A DNA stretch of 64,000 bases. Origin: Methanocaldococcus sp. 16A. GTDB taxonomy: Archaea; AGJL01; Methanococci; Methanococcales; Methanocaldococcaceae. The position numbers and the translations under genes were made by a program. The DNA lies in assembly GCA_049860595.1 (NCBI GenBank), contig CP187551.1, one strand, 5' to 3'. Positions 21,060 through 32,958 of this stretch are shown in pieces. Position 1 is the stretch's first letter. Every line of letters starts with the position of its first letter. The notes beneath the pieces were generated by a model, which saw only the letters and a list, made by a program, of their open reading frames with translations, did not search any database and was not told the origin of the DNA.

Positions 21060-21704
21060 ATGAAAGTTAGAGACTTGATGGACAAGAATTTTGCTAAAGT
21101 ATATATAGATGAGACTGTTGAAAATGCTATAAACTTATTAAAAAAGAAAAAGAGATTTTCTGCGCCTATAGTTGATAAAGAAGATAAGTTAGTTGGTTGG
21201 ATAACAACCTTGGAGTTGTTAGGGATTTCAGAGAAAGATTTCAAAAAACCAATAACTGAGTTTATGCGTAATAAAGAAGAAGTTATTACTGTTTATGAAG
21301 ATGATGAGGCAAGAGATGTGGTTTTAAAATTCGTTAAATATAAGGTTGTTAGTATTCCAGTTTTAACAAGAGATGGTAGAGTTGTGGGGATGGTTAGAAA
21401 CTGTGATGTTGTTAAAACCTTAGCTAAGTTATATGAAATTCCAGTATATAAGATATTTAAGGAATTACACAATCATATTGGAGATATAAGCTGGGAAGAG
21501 TTGATGGAAGCAGCAGCAGTTGTAACAAAAAGAATGACTGGAGAGGATATAACGCCAAAAGAGTATGAAGAGAGAATTAAAAAAACAACATTTGGAAAGG
21601 CTATATGGGCATGTGGAGGTTTAGAAAAGTTTTTTGTAGGACTTATTGAGATAGGAATGGTTGCATTAGCGAGAAGACTGGCAAAGATAAGGGGGGTTAA
21701 ATGA
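21060..21704 (+). CDS. CBS-pair domain protein with C-terminal helical domain
   Basis: MKVRDLM, APIVD..DKLVGWIT, IPVL..DGRVVGMV. Confidence 0.85.
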   Translation: MKVRDLMDKNFAKVYIDETVENAINLLKKKKRFSAPIVDKEDKLVGWITTLELLGISEKDFKKPITEFMRNKEEVITVYEDDEARDVVLKFVKYKVVSIPVLTRDGRVVGMVRNCDVVKTLAKLYEIPVYKIFKELHNHIGDISWEELMEAAAVVTKRMTGEDITPKEYEERIKKTTFGKAIWACGGLEKFFVGLIEIGMVALARRLAKIRGVK

Positions 21705-22096
21705 GGATAGAGGATGAGATAAAAAATATAGTAGAGAGAAAAGATTATGATTTTTGGGAATTTTTAAAAAAGGCCTATGAGAATAATATAAAATTGGATA
21801 TTGGACATTTCATCCTTTTAAATATTCTTATTGGTGTTAATGATTTATACAAAAAATTAGCAGAAAAGTTTGGAGAGGAAGAGGCGAGAAAAATATTGGA
21901 GAGGAATAAAATATTTGCAAAAAACTCTGATTTTATATCTGGTGAGTTTTTAAAGGATTATATTGATAGAAAAAGTAGAGTGGCAGTTCATAATAGGATA
22001 AAAGATTTAAAAACTATTGGATTTAAAATAGAGAGTAAGTCAGGACCTTTTGGTGGGTATAAAATAGTTGATTATCCAGAATGGTTTAAGAAATAA
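21701..22096 (+). CDS. Putative winged-HTH transcriptional regulator (HTH_11/BirA-like C-terminus)
   Basis: SRVAVHNRIKDLKTIGFKIESKSGPFGGYKI; ORF overlaps the stop of the CBS gene. Confidence 0.7.
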   Translation: MRIEDEIKNIVERKDYDFWEFLKKAYENNIKLDIGHFILLNILIGVNDLYKKLAEKFGEEEARKILERNKIFAKNSDFISGEFLKDYIDRKSRVAVHNRIKDLKTIGFKIESKSGPFGGYKIVDYPEWFKK

Positions 22097-22103
22097 TTAA
22101 TAT

Positions 22104-22175
22104 TAGGACTTTCGCACTTTATATATTCATTAATGAAAAAATGATGGCAAAAAATTTATTCCTGTGAAAGTTCTA
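22104..22175. mobile_element. MITE-like family A copy
   Basis: TAGGACTTTCGCAC ... TTTATTCCTGTGAAAGTTCTA. Confidence 0.8.
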
Positions 22176-22292
22176 TAATAGGTCTTTTTTTATATACAAC
22201 TATAACTACTTAAACAGTAAATATTTTATACTCTAAGCTTTTTCAAAAAAGATTATAATCTTTATTATAAAAAAGTATGTCTGGTGAGTTGA

Positions 22293-24929
22293 ATGGAGAT
22301 GCCAAAGGATTACAATATAGAGATTGAGAAACAGATACAAAAAAAGTGGGAAGAAAGTAAAATTTACAAATTTGATGAAGAGAGCAAAAAACCACCATAT
22401 ATTATTGATACTCCTCCTCCATACCCAACTGGTAGATTACACTTAGGACATGCTTTAAACTGGACTTACATGGATATAATAGCGAGATACAAGAGAATGA
22501 AAGGATTTAATGTTTTATTCCCACAAGGATGGGATTGTCATGGATTGCCAACAGAGGTTAAGGTTGAAGAGATACATGGCATAACAAAGTCAGATGTTGA
22601 TAGACACAAATTTAGAGAGTTATGTATTGAATTAACAAAGGAAAACATTGAAAAAATGAGAAGACAGATAAAATCCTTAGGAATTTCTATTGATTGGGAT
22701 AGAGAATATATAACAATGACTCCTGACTATATTAGAAAGTCTCAAACAGCCTTTGTTAGAATGTATAAAGATGGTTTAATTTATAGAGGTAAGTTCCCAG
22801 TAAATTGGTGTCCAAGATGTCAAACAGCTATTGCGTTTGCTGAAGTTGAATATAAAGAGAGAGAAAGTAAGCTAAACTATATAAAATTCCCTGCTACTGA
22901 TGGAGAAGGGCATTTGTTGATAGCTACAACAAGACCTGAACTTATGGCTGCGTGTGTTGCTATATTAGTTCATCCAGAGGATGAGAGATATAAGCACTTA
23001 ATTGGAAAAGAGTTTATAGTTCCATTATTTGGGCATAAGGTTAAGTTATTAGCTGATGAAGATGTAGAGAAAGAGTTTGGGACTGGAGCGGTTATGGTCT
23101 GTACATTTGGGGATAAGACAGACATTTTGTGGGTAAATAGGCATAAATTAGAGATTAAGAAAGCAATTGATGAGAAAGGAACTCTAACAGAAATTGCTGG
23201 CAAATATAAGGGATTAAAGACAGAGGAAGCAAGGGAGAAGATTATTGAAGATTTAAAGAAAGAAGGTTATTTAGTTAAGCAAGAGCCTATAAAACAGAAT
23301 GTTGGAGTTTGTTGGAGATGTAAAACTCCTATTGAAATTATTGTTACTGAGCAGTGGTTCGTCAATGTAAAAAAACTAATTCCAAAAATTAGAGAAATTG
23401 CTGAAGAGATTAAATGGGTTCCAGAGCACATGAAAATTAGATTGTTAAATTGGATTGAAGACATGGATTGGGATTGGGTTATAAGTAGGCAAAGAATCTT
23501 TGCTACACCAATACCAGTATGGTATTGCAAAAAATGTGGAAATGTAGTAGTTGCTAAAGAAGAGGATTTACCAATAGACCCAACTAAAACAGGTTATGTA
23601 TGTGATAAGTGTGGAAACACTGACTTAATTCCAGAAACTGATGTTTTAGATACATGGATGGACTCATCTATAACTCCGATGGTTATAACTAAGTGGTTAG
23701 ATGATGATAAATTCTTTGAGAAGCATTATCCTGTCCAACTAAGACCACAGGGGCATGATATAATTAGAACTTGGGCTTTCTATACTATAGTTAAGTCAAT
23801 AGCTTTAACTGGCAAAAAACCATGGGATGAGATAGTTATAAACGGAATGGTGTTTGGAGAAGATGGGCATAAGATGAGTAAGAGTAGAGGAAATGTCGTA
23901 GAGCCAGATGAAATTATTGCAAAGTATGGAGCAGATGCTTTAAGATTGTGGGCAAGTAATAGCGTTGTTGGAGATGATGTCCAATTCTTATGGAAAGAGG
24001 TTGATTACGGTTATAGATTCTTAAGGAAGTTTTGGAATGCTTGTAGATTTGCTAAGATGCATATATCTGATGACATAATAGATGAGCTAAAGAAACCTTT
24101 AGATGTAAAGAATCCAATAGATTTATGGATTTTAAGTAAGTTGCAGAAATTAATTGAGAGAGTTGATAGAGATTTAGAGAATTATAGATTCAATACAATA
24201 GTAGAGATTTATAAGTTTGTATGGCATGAGTTCTGTGACAATTACATAGAGATGGTTAAATATAGGTTGTATGGAGATGATGAGGAGGCTAAGAAAGAAG
24301 CAAGATGGACATTGTACTATGCAATAGATAAATTGATAAGGTTGTTAGCTCCATTTGCTCCACACTTCGCTGACTATGTAGCTGATATCTATAAAATAGA
24401 TAACTTGCATTTCTCATTCCCAAAGGTAGATAAGAAATTTATAAATGAAGTGGCAGAGAGATTTGGAGAAATTGCTAAAAATACAGTTATCTCAATTAGA
24501 AGATTCAAATCAAATAAAGGTATGCCTTTAAATGCTCCATTAAAGTATGTTGAGATTTATACAGAGGATGAAGAGGCTTACAATGCATTAATTAAAACAG
24601 CTGAGGACATTAAAGGAACTTTGAAGATTGAAGAATTCAAAATAATTAAAGGAAAACCAGCTTTAGAATCAAAGATAATTGAAGTTATTCCAGACAAATC
24701 AAAGATAGGGCCAGAATTTAAAAAGAATGCAAAATACGTTATGGATTTAATTAAGAATGCTGATGAGGAGACATTAAATAAGATAATTAATGAAGGTTTA
24801 GAAACAGAATATGGAGTTATTAGGAAAGAACATATAAAAGATGTCAAAAGAGCTTTATTCTGTGAAGGAGAAGAAGTAGATTCAGTTGATATTGAAGGAG
24901 TTTTAGCAGTAGCAATAATTAGAAAATAA
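22293..24929 (+). CDS. valS: Valine--tRNA ligase
   Basis: [36 protein letters not shown]. Confidence 0.98.
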   Translation: MEMPKDYNIEIEKQIQKKWEESKIYKFDEESKKPPYIIDTPPPYPTGRLHLGHALNWTYMDIIARYKRMKGFNVLFPQGWDCHGLPTEVKVEEIHGITKSDVDRHKFRELCIELTKENIEKMRRQIKSLGISIDWDREYITMTPDYIRKSQTAFVRMYKDGLIYRGKFPVNWCPRCQTAIAFAEVEYKERESKLNYIKFPATDGEGHLLIATTRPELMAACVAILVHPEDERYKHLIGKEFIVPLFGHKVKLLADEDVEKEFGTGAVMVCTFGDKTDILWVNRHKLEIKKAIDEKGTLTEIAGKYKGLKTEEAREKIIEDLKKEGYLVKQEPIKQNVGVCWRCKTPIEIIVTEQWFVNVKKLIPKIREIAEEIKWVPEHMKIRLLNWIEDMDWDWVISRQRIFATPIPVWYCKKCGNVVVAKEEDLPIDPTKTGYVCDKCGNTDLIPETDVLDTWMDSSITPMVITKWLDDDKFFEKHYPVQLRPQGHDIIRTWAFYTIVKSIALTGKKPWDEIVINGMVFGEDGHKMSKSRGNVVEPDEIIAKYGADALRLWASNSVVGDDVQFLWKEVDYGYRFLRKFWNACRFAKMHISDDIIDELKKPLDVKNPIDLWILSKLQKLIERVDRDLENYRFNTIVEIYKFVWHEFCDNYIEMVKYRLYGDDEEAKKEARWTLYYAIDKLIRLLAPFAPHFADYVADIYKIDNLHFSFPKVDKKFINEVAERFGEIAKNTVISIRRFKSNKGMPLNAPLKYVEIYTEDEEAYNALIKTAEDIKGTLKIEEFKIIKGKPALESKIIEVIPDKSKIGPEFKKNAKYVMDLIKNADEETLNKIINEGLETEYGVIRKEHIKDVKRALFCEGEEVDSVDIEGVLAVAIIRK

Positions 24930-24960
24930 AAAATAAAATAAATTTTTAACTTTTTTATTT

Positions 24961-25827
24961 TTATTCATCATAAACTTTTATTCCCCATTTTGTTCTAATC
25001 TCTTTAAATCTCTCTTTTAATTTCTTAGTAATTTCTCCAACTTTTTTATCATTTATTATTCTTCCATCAATTTCAAAGACAGGCACAATCTCAGCAGCTG
25101 TTCCTGTGATAAAGAGCTCATCAGCTGTATATAAATCATGTAAAGTTAATGGTTCTTCAACAACTTCAATACCTTCTTCTTTAGCTAATTTTATAACAAC
25201 ATCCCTTGTAATTCCTTTTAATATACTTGCATAGACTGGAGGAGTCTTTAAGATTCCATTTTTAACTACAAATATGTTATCTCCAGTTCCTTCAACAACA
25301 AACCCTTTATCATCCAATAAAAATGCCTCATCAACTCCAGCATAATTAGCTTGAATCTTTGCCAATATACTGTTTAAATAATTTAGAGATTTAACAGCTG
25401 GATTTAAAACATCTACTGGCAATCTTCTAACTGAGACAGTTATGACTCTAATTCCATCTTCTCCTAATAAAGGTGGCATAGGAATAGCTATACAGAAAAT
25501 AGTTGGTTCTTTACACTTTCTTGGGTCTAAACCTAAATCACCAATTCCCCTTGTAACAACTAATCTTATATATGCATCCCTCAAATTATTAACTCTCAAT
25601 GTCTCTAAAACAACATCAATCATCTCTTCTTTTGTTAATGGAATATCTATACAGAGAGATTTTGCTGAATCATACAACCTATCTATATGCTCCTTCAACA
25701 TGAAAACAACGCCATCATAAGCCCTAATTCCTTCAAAAACTCCATCTCCATATAATAAACCATGGTCAAACACAGAAACCTTTGCATCCTTTTCATCAAC
25801 AAATTTTCCGTTTAAGTAGATTTTCAT
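24961..25827 (-). CDS. ilvE: Branched-chain amino acid aminotransferase
   Basis: [38 protein letters not shown]. Confidence 0.97.
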   Translation of the reverse strand: MKIYLNGKFVDEKDAKVSVFDHGLLYGDGVFEGIRAYDGVVFMLKEHIDRLYDSAKSLCIDIPLTKEEMIDVVLETLRVNNLRDAYIRLVVTRGIGDLGLDPRKCKEPTIFCIAIPMPPLLGEDGIRVITVSVRRLPVDVLNPAVKSLNYLNSILAKIQANYAGVDEAFLLDDKGFVVEGTGDNIFVVKNGILKTPPVYASILKGITRDVVIKLAKEEGIEVVEEPLTLHDLYTADELFITGTAAEIVPVFEIDGRIINDKKVGEITKKLKERFKEIRTKWGIKVYDE

Positions 25828-25949
25828 AACCTCACCTTTGATAGTAATAATAAAAGGTATAATAAAGATAGAACTATTAGATGTAAAAAATAACTATAAT
25901 ATAAAATTTTTTGTTTTTTTAAAATTAATACTTAAATATTTCAAAAAAG

Positions 25950-26621
25950 TTATTGATTCATTTTTTCTTCTAATTCTTCCTCTTTTATTCTCTCTCCAGT
26001 AATCATATAAACAACTCTATCCCCTATCGAAGCAACTATATTACCACTCCTCTCTAAATATTTCGCTGCAAAGATTATTTCAGTAGCTAATGTTAAATTT
26101 TTTGGGTCTTCTAAAATTTTGCTTATCATACTCCTATATAGTTGCTCATATAAATCATCCAACCTTTTATCCATATCATAAACTTCTCTTGCTAACTTTT
26201 CATCTCTATTTTTAAATGAAATCATTGCATTTCTTAGCATATTAACTAAATAATCTTTCATAACTATTAATAATTCATTTTTCCTCTTCCCCTCCATATT
26301 GGATTTTAGCAATATCTTACATATCTTTGATGCATTATCTCCAACTTTCTCTAACTTTGATGATATTTTGATGGCTGTCATAATCTCTCTTAAATCTCCA
26401 GATACTGGATGATATAAGGCAATAGCTTTAACACACTTATCTTCAATCTCAATTTCCATTAAATCAATATCATTATCTCTTATTCTAACTTGTTTTGCAA
26501 GCTCTCTATCTCCCTCTGTAAATGCTTTTATAGCATTTTCTATTTGCTCAATACACAAATCAGCCATCTTCATTAAATCTTCTTCTATCTCTTTTAATAC
26601 TTCATCAAATTTTTTTACCAT
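25950..26621 (-). CDS. phoU: Phosphate uptake regulator PhoU
   Basis: Two PhoU repeats (LEKVGD, LERSGN); adjacent to pst genes. Confidence 0.93.
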   Translation of the reverse strand: MVKKFDEVLKEIEEDLMKMADLCIEQIENAIKAFTEGDRELAKQVRIRDNDIDLMEIEIEDKCVKAIALYHPVSGDLREIMTAIKISSKLEKVGDNASKICKILLKSNMEGKRKNELLIVMKDYLVNMLRNAMISFKNRDEKLAREVYDMDKRLDDLYEQLYRSMISKILEDPKNLTLATEIIFAAKYLERSGNIVASIGDRVVYMITGERIKEEELEEKMNQ

Positions 26622-26643
26622 AAGTATTCACCAATCAAAAGTT

Positions 26644-27399
26644 TTAACCAAATCTACCACTAATATAGTCATCTGTTTCCTTCTTTTGAGGATTTAAGAA
26701 TATTTGTTCTGTTTCTCCAAACTCAATTAACTTACCCATTAAGAAAAATGCTGTATAATCTGAAACTCTACTAGCTTGTTGCATGTTGTGGGTAACAACA
26801 ACTATTGTGTAATCCTTAGCTAATTCTACCATTAACTCCTCAATCTTTAATGTTGAAATAGGGTCTAAGGCAGATGTTGGCTCATCCATTAAAATTACTT
26901 CTGGCTTCACAGCTATAGTTCTCGCTATACACAACCTCTGCTGCTGCCCTCCAGATAAACTTAAAGCTGATTTATCTAAGTTATCTTTAACTTCATCCCA
27001 AAGAGCTGCTTTTTTTAGAGCCCACTTAACAATCTTATCTAACTCTTTCTTATCTTTAATTCCATGAATTCTTGGGCCATAAGCAACATTGTCATAGATA
27101 CTCATTGGAAATGGGTTTGGTTTTTGGAAAACCATTCCTACTCTCTTCCTTAGTTCAACAACATCAACATCCTTATCATATATGTTTTTTCCATCCAATA
27201 AAACTTCTCCTTCTATTCTAACTCCTTTAATTAAATCATTCATTCTATTTAAGCATCTCAAAAATGTTGATTTTCCACAACCACTCGGACCAATTAAAGC
27301 AGTTATCTTATTCTCATAGATTGGCATATTTATGTTAAATAATGCTTGTTTTTCACCATACCAAAGGTTTAGGTTTTTAGCTTCCATTTTTACTTTCAT
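26644..27399 (-). CDS. pstB: Phosphate ABC transporter ATPase
   Basis: [45 protein letters not shown]. Confidence 0.97.
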   Translation of the reverse strand: MKVKMEAKNLNLWYGEKQALFNINMPIYENKITALIGPSGCGKSTFLRCLNRMNDLIKGVRIEGEVLLDGKNIYDKDVDVVELRKRVGMVFQKPNPFPMSIYDNVAYGPRIHGIKDKKELDKIVKWALKKAALWDEVKDNLDKSALSLSGGQQQRLCIARTIAVKPEVILMDEPTSALDPISTLKIEELMVELAKDYTIVVVTHNMQQASRVSDYTAFFLMGKLIEFGETEQIFLNPQKKETDDYISGRFG

Positions 27400-27429
27400 T
27401 TTATTCCCCCTGACTATATTTTGTAAATT

Positions 27430-28287
27430 TTAGTATTTTATTGTGTATCTCTTTCTTACATAACTTGCAATTCCAAATATAAAGAACATCATAACCACCA
27501 AAATGAAAGCTACTCCATAAGCCATCTGTAATTCTTGTTGGGAAGTGTATTCAGTTGCTAAGATATACAATGTGTAAGGCAAAGCTTCAACTTGGTCAAA
27601 TAAACCTATTGAATACGAAAATGCAGTTGCAGCAGTGAACATAATTGCCGCTGTTTCTTCAGCACTTCTACCAATTCCTAAGATAATTCCAGTTATTATT
27701 TGAGGTAGAGCAGCAGGCAAAACAACATGCCTTATTGTCTGCCACTTTGTAGCTCCTAATGCTAAACTACCCTCTCTTAATCCTGGTGGGATAGATTTTA
27801 ATCCCTCTTCCGTGGTTCTCATTATAATAGGAAGAATCATAAATGATAGAGTTAAACCCCCAACCAATAAGCAAGGGCCGATTTTTGTAGCAATTGCAAT
27901 TGAAAAACCAAACAAACCAAACACTATTGAAGGTAAACCAGCTAAGCAATCTGTTGAAAATCTTATAATTCTTGCGAGTTTGCTGTCTCCAGCATATTCG
28001 TGGAGATAGATAGCCCCCAATATTCCAAACGGTATGGAAAACAAAACTGCCAATGTAACTAAAGCAAATGTCCCCAATATTGCATACCAAATTCCATCAT
28101 AGGCTATCTCTTTACCAATTATAACATTTATAGGATTAGCGTCTCCAAAGAATAATTCAAGATTTATAGCTCCAATTCCTTTTATAAATAAATATCCTAC
28201 CATAATAAACAAAATTGAAATTACTACAAGTCCACAAGCCCTTAATAGAGCAAACGCAATTTTTTCTTCTAACTTAGGATTAATCAT
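27430..28287 (-). CDS. pstA: Phosphate ABC transporter permease
   Basis: LAGLPSIVFGLFG, REGSLALGATKWQTI. Confidence 0.95.
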   Translation of the reverse strand: MINPKLEEKIAFALLRACGLVVISILFIMVGYLFIKGIGAINLELFFGDANPINVIIGKEIAYDGIWYAILGTFALVTLAVLFSIPFGILGAIYLHEYAGDSKLARIIRFSTDCLAGLPSIVFGLFGFSIAIATKIGPCLLVGGLTLSFMILPIIMRTTEEGLKSIPPGLREGSLALGATKWQTIRHVVLPAALPQIITGIILGIGRSAEETAAIMFTAATAFSYSIGLFDQVEALPYTLYILATEYTSQQELQMAYGVAFILVVMMFFIFGIASYVRKRYTIKY

Positions 28288-28300
28288 AAGTTATCCCCAT

Positions 28301-29170
28301 TTATTCCCATTTTATTCTGTATTTTTTCTCTAAGTATTGTGATATGATATTTAATCCAACGACTATTACAAATAGAACAATTCCACAGGCAAACATAGCG
28401 TAGTAGATAGGGCTTCCTACAACAGCTTCTTTTATATGTAAGATAATGTGTGATGTTAGAGGTCTTACAGGGTCGAATATTGATTTTGGAATTAATGGCC
28501 AGTTTCCAGCAACCATTAAAACAGCCATCGTCTCTCCTATAGCCCTACCCATTCCTAAGATAATCCCTGCTAAAATCCCACTTAAAGAACTTGGAATTAT
28601 GACATTCTTTATTGTTTGCCAATGAGTGGCTCCTAAAGCTAAGCTTCCTTCCTTTATACTCTGCGGAACACTTCTTATAGCATCTTCAGAGATTGATGTA
28701 ATTGTTGGAAGAATCATAATTGCTAAGATTATAGATGCTGCAAACCAACTAAATCCTGGATTCACATTAAATGTCTCTCTAATCCAAGGAACTAATAAGA
28801 CCATCCCAATGAAACCATAAACAACTGATGGGATAGCAGTTAATATTTCAATTGCTGGTTTTAAAATATCCCTAACTCTTTCAGGGGCTATTTCAGCTAA
28901 ATATATTGCACATCCAACACCTAATGGAACAGCAAACAATAATGCCAAAATAGTTACGCAAAAACTACCAACAATCATTGGAAATATTCCAAACTCTCCA
29001 GCGTATGGATTCCAATTCATACCAAATACAAAGCTTACAGGGTCTATGTAGTTAAAGACAGGTAATCCATTAGTTAGTAAAAAAATAACAATTCCAAGAA
29101 CTATAAAGCTTGAAAATGCTGCAAATATCTTAATGATATTTTCTATAATTATCTCGCTTACTCTTTTCAT
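28301..29170 (-). CDS. pstC: Phosphate ABC transporter permease
   Basis: IPSVVYGF, GRAIGETMAVLMVAGN. Confidence 0.95.
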   Translation of the reverse strand: MKRVSEIIIENIIKIFAAFSSFIVLGIVIFLLTNGLPVFNYIDPVSFVFGMNWNPYAGEFGIFPMIVGSFCVTILALLFAVPLGVGCAIYLAEIAPERVRDILKPAIEILTAIPSVVYGFIGMVLLVPWIRETFNVNPGFSWFAASIILAIMILPTITSISEDAIRSVPQSIKEGSLALGATHWQTIKNVIIPSSLSGILAGIILGMGRAIGETMAVLMVAGNWPLIPKSIFDPVRPLTSHIILHIKEAVVGSPIYYAMFACGIVLFVIVVGLNIISQYLEKKYRIKWE

Positions 29171-29202
29171 AAACCCACCGTGAGATTAGCTTCAGTTCTT
29201 AG

Positions 29203-29277
29203 TAGGATTTTCGAACTTTATATATTTATTAAGGAAAACATTGAAGCCTTTCAATATTTATACCTGCGAAAGTCATA
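29203..29277. mobile_element. MITE-like family A copy between pstS and pstC
   Basis: TAGGATTTTCGAACTTTATATATT ... ATACCTGCGAAAGTCATA. Confidence 0.75.
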
Positions 29278-29375
29278 TTAATTAAACTAATACTATAAAC
29301 AAATTTATTTAAAATTTATCATTACAATCTCTAAATTATTGATACAATGAAAAATAAAAAAATAAAAGAGTAATG

Positions 29376-30269
29376 TTACTGTCCTAACACTTGCCCCCAG
29401 CTTGTTATCTCTCCAGCAAATATTTTTTTAACTAGTTCTTTGTTTAAGTTGTCTATTGGGTTTGCTGGATTTACAATAATAGCAACTCCATCCATTCCAA
29501 TAACGTGGTCTTCTAAGGTATATCTTTGAAGTTCCTCTGGGGTAGCGTCTCTTGAAGCCATACCTATATCAACCAACCCTTCCCCAACCTGCTTAATTCC
29601 AAACCCTGAGCCTCCACCACTTACAGTTATTTTAACATTTGGATACATTTGCATAAATCTCTTAGCACATTCGGCAGCTATTGGTTCTACAGTAGTTGAA
29701 CCAGAAATTTTGATTTCTCCCTTAAGCCCTTCTTTCTTTTGGTATGGTTGTGGGTTTGGTAATGGGATGTATCCTTCTTTCTTAACAATTTCCTGTCCTT
29801 CTTTACTTTGTATAAATTTTATAAATTCCATAACAAGCTCATATTTGTTAGGGTCTTTTTCTTTTAGCTCTTTATTTATATACATATGAAGTTTTCTTGA
29901 GATTGGGTATTTGCCATTTTTAACATTCTCCTCTGTAGGTTCTATGCCCTCAAATTTAACAGCTTTAACTGAACTATCTAAATAACCAATTGACAAATAA
30001 CCAATTCCATACTTATCTTGAGCAATAGCACTCTTCATTGCTCCATTTGAAGGAACAACAACTGCTTTTTTAGTTATTTCTCCTTTATCTAAAGCTTTTT
30101 CCCAGAAAACTTCTCTTGTTCCACTTTCTGGATCTCTTGTATATACGTTTATAGATGCTTTAGTCCAATCATCAACTGAATTTTCTGAATTACCTCCAAC
30201 ACATCCACTTATACATAGAGCTGGGACAATTAAAAGTATCCCAAATAGTAGAGCTATAAATCTCTTCAC
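29376..30269 (-). CDS. pstS: Phosphate-binding lipoprotein, circularly permuted PBP type (likely GTG start at 30269)
   Basis: Lipobox-like ISGC; RDPESGTRE, AIAQDKYGIGY, SGSTTV, GGGSGFG, DIGMASR. Confidence 0.92.
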   Translation of the reverse strand: MKRFIALLFGILLIVPALCISGCVGGNSENSVDDWTKASINVYTRDPESGTREVFWEKALDKGEITKKAVVVPSNGAMKSAIAQDKYGIGYLSIGYLDSSVKAVKFEGIEPTEENVKNGKYPISRKLHMYINKELKEKDPNKYELVMEFIKFIQSKEGQEIVKKEGYIPLPNPQPYQKKEGLKGEIKISGSTTVEPIAAECAKRFMQMYPNVKITVSGGGSGFGIKQVGEGLVDIGMASRDATPEELQRYTLEDHVIGMDGVAIIVNPANPIDNLNKELVKKIFAGEITSWGQVLGQ

Positions 30270-30466
30270 AACACCACCTTCCAACTTTGTTATCTAAAAC
30301 CTATACATTTGTGGTATATAAAGTTTTTCATTTTGAATTAAAGTTCATATTTTATGAACATTCAATTTTAATAAACATAGAATATATAAATATTTTAATA
30401 AAAATTGGTTTTTAAATTTTTTCTTTAATAAGAAGTTATATATATTAACTCTAACAAAAATATAAA

Positions 30467-31354
30467 TTGTCTAATGGTTGTTTTAAAAGAAAATGGGATA
30501 GCATGGTAATAGGAGTAAATAGTAACACTGAGAAACTCGATACTATAGAACAAATGTATTTCAAAAGAATATTAAGTCATATCAAAAATGTATTAAAAAT
30601 AGATGTTACTCAATATAAAGATAGCTATGTTATGAGAAGGATTAGAGTACGAATGAAAGCCGCTAAATGCAAAACATTCAAAGAGTATTATGAATACTTA
30701 AAAAGCCATAGTGATGAAAATGAAAAATTGGCTGAGACTTTAACAGTTAATGTTACAGAATTTTGGAGAGATATTACTGTATATAATGAAATACAAAAAA
30801 TCATAGATGAGTGGGTAGCTGATAGAAAAATACGAAAGATAAGAATATGGAGTGCGGGATGTTCTTCAGGGGAAGAACCTTACGGTGTAGCAATTATTTT
30901 AAGTGAAGCAATGGAAAAACATAAAAGAAAATTACTAAATGTTTCAATAACTGCTACGGATATTGATAAAGAAGTTCTTGCTAAAGCAAGAAGGGGAGTT
31001 TATCAGGCAAAACAACTAAAAAATTTACCTCCTCAAATTATAGAAAAATATTTTATAAAGCTCAATGATGAGGAATATATGATAAAAAATACAATAAAAA
31101 AATTTGTGAGATTTCAATATCATGACCTTATAAAAGACCCTCCATTAAAAAATATGGACATGATATTATGTAGAAATGTTATTATTTATTTTGATAAAAA
31201 GATTCAGGAGGATATTTTTTTGAAATTTTATGAAGCATTAAATCCGGGAGGATTTTTGATACTTGGAAAAACTGAAATACTTCATGGAGAAGCAAAAAAA
31301 TTATTTAAAACGTATAATGCGAGAGAAAGAATTTACCAAAAACCAATAGAATAA
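30467..31354 (+). CDS. cheR: Chemotaxis protein-glutamate methyltransferase
   Basis: TVNVTEFWRD, IWSAGCSSGEEPY, ATDID, CRNVIIYF. Confidence 0.96.
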   Translation: MSNGCFKRKWDSMVIGVNSNTEKLDTIEQMYFKRILSHIKNVLKIDVTQYKDSYVMRRIRVRMKAAKCKTFKEYYEYLKSHSDENEKLAETLTVNVTEFWRDITVYNEIQKIIDEWVADRKIRKIRIWSAGCSSGEEPYGVAIILSEAMEKHKRKLLNVSITATDIDKEVLAKARRGVYQAKQLKNLPPQIIEKYFIKLNDEEYMIKNTIKKFVRFQYHDLIKDPPLKNMDMILCRNVIIYFDKKIQEDIFLKFYEALNPGGFLILGKTEILHGEAKKLFKTYNARERIYQKPIE

Positions 31355-31370
31355 AAACTATCATGTTTAT

Positions 31371-31988
31371 TTAGATAACACTATCTAATTTTTTAATTGA
31401 ATCAGGGTCAATTACAATTATTAAGTAACATTTTATTGGAAATCTCCCAACTATTTCGACCTTTGTGTCAAATAACATAACCACATCAGTTTTTTCAGCT
31501 ATTTCTGCTATTAATGACTCAACTATTGTAAAACCCATTTCTTTTATGAATGTTGGGGGCGTTATATCAATAACTCCATTAAGTTCATTTGCAAAAACAT
31601 TTAGAAATGAAGATATAACTATATTCCCCACTTCTCCAATTAAAGCTTTTTCCATTTCTTCATAATCTGGAAGGTCTGATTTACTTACCATACTGTCCCA
31701 AAGAATGTCAATAAGCATTAGCTTTTCAAGTTTTACGGAATCTTTTTCTGGTAACAAAATTAACCCATTACCACTAAGAACCCCATTAAAATCAATTCTT
31801 ACAGCTTTATATGGTTCATCTCCGAACTGTTCGGGAACAAACTCCACTAAAGCAAACCTTAAACCTAAAAAATATACTTCTACATTTTCTCCTGTTAATT
31901 CCATAAATGACTTTGCCATATTTTCAGTAGCTTCTTTACCAAGCTCTATTAACTTATTGATGGGTTTTATTAAACTCATAATTATCAC
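31371..31988 (-). CDS. cheC: CheC family protein
   Basis: ALIGEVGNIVISSFLN ... ITPP; located in che cluster. Confidence 0.85.
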   Translation of the reverse strand: MIIMSLIKPINKLIELGKEATENMAKSFMELTGENVEVYFLGLRFALVEFVPEQFGDEPYKAVRIDFNGVLSGNGLILLPEKDSVKLEKLMLIDILWDSMVSKSDLPDYEEMEKALIGEVGNIVISSFLNVFANELNGVIDITPPTFIKEMGFTIVESLIAEIAEKTDVVMLFDTKVEIVGRFPIKCYLIIVIDPDSIKKLDSVI

Positions 31989-32045
31989 ATTATTGAATTG
32001 GTGTAATTGTTAATAAAAAATTAAATATATATATAATAAAATCTA

Positions 32046-32807
32046 TTAGTTTTCATATTTTGCACTTAATTTATCTTTAACATTGCCTTTATTTATGGCA
32101 TTAAATAATATGCTTACAGAGTCGTGTGGTAGCACAATTAATACATCAAAACCAGTACCTACTTCACATATATGCAATGTTGACCTAAAGGCCATAATTA
32201 TGTCATCATCATCAATATTATTCTCATTAAAGATTTTTTCTAATAGTTCTCTTCCAGAACCTACAATAAATGATGGTGGTGACATAGTTAATGCAGTATT
32301 CATAAAGTTTGCAAATGAATCTACATATGCAGATATGAGTATGTTACATATTTCATTAATTGCTGATATTTTCATCTCATCCATTTCGTTAGTATCTGAC
32401 TCCATTCCCATACCTAAAAGCATGGCTTTAGATAAATTTAGTGCAGAATCTTCAGAGAAAATTAATACACCAGTTCCATTAATATCTCCTGTAAAATCAA
32501 TTTTTGTAAATATTTTTTTATCATCTCCATATTCATCTTTTATTTCTTTTGGGGTAATTAATCTAATATTAAATACCTTTAACTCTGCTGAATATCCAGT
32601 CATATCTGAGATAAATTTTGTAGCTTTTTCTGAGGCATATTTCCCCACATCTTCAATTTTACTTAACCCCTCTAAATTAAAATTATTTATAATAGCAGCA
32701 TTAGAAGACATGTCTTTATCCCCCAACGTGGTTTCAATGATAGTTTTCACTATAATTTCCCAGGATTTTGGGGAAATTTCTACATTTCCATATTTCATAT
32801 ATCTCAC
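32046..32807 (-). CDS. cheC: CheC family protein (second paralog)
   Basis: SAINEICNILISAYV ... MSPP. Confidence 0.85.
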   Translation of the reverse strand: MRYMKYGNVEISPKSWEIIVKTIIETTLGDKDMSSNAAIINNFNLEGLSKIEDVGKYASEKATKFISDMTGYSAELKVFNIRLITPKEIKDEYGDDKKIFTKIDFTGDINGTGVLIFSEDSALNLSKAMLLGMGMESDTNEMDEMKISAINEICNILISAYVDSFANFMNTALTMSPPSFIVGSGRELLEKIFNENNIDDDDIIMAFRSTLHICEVGTGFDVLIVLPHDSVSILFNAINKGNVKDKLSAKYEN

Positions 32808-32958
32808 ACGTTACATATATTTTTAAGATTCTTTTGTTCTTTTGTATTATTTCAATATATCTTCATTCTTATATTAGCTTCTTTAAATATATGATATTAT
32901 AATCTTCCTTAAATATATTGAATAAGACTACAGCTTATTGCAAAATATAAAATTAAAA

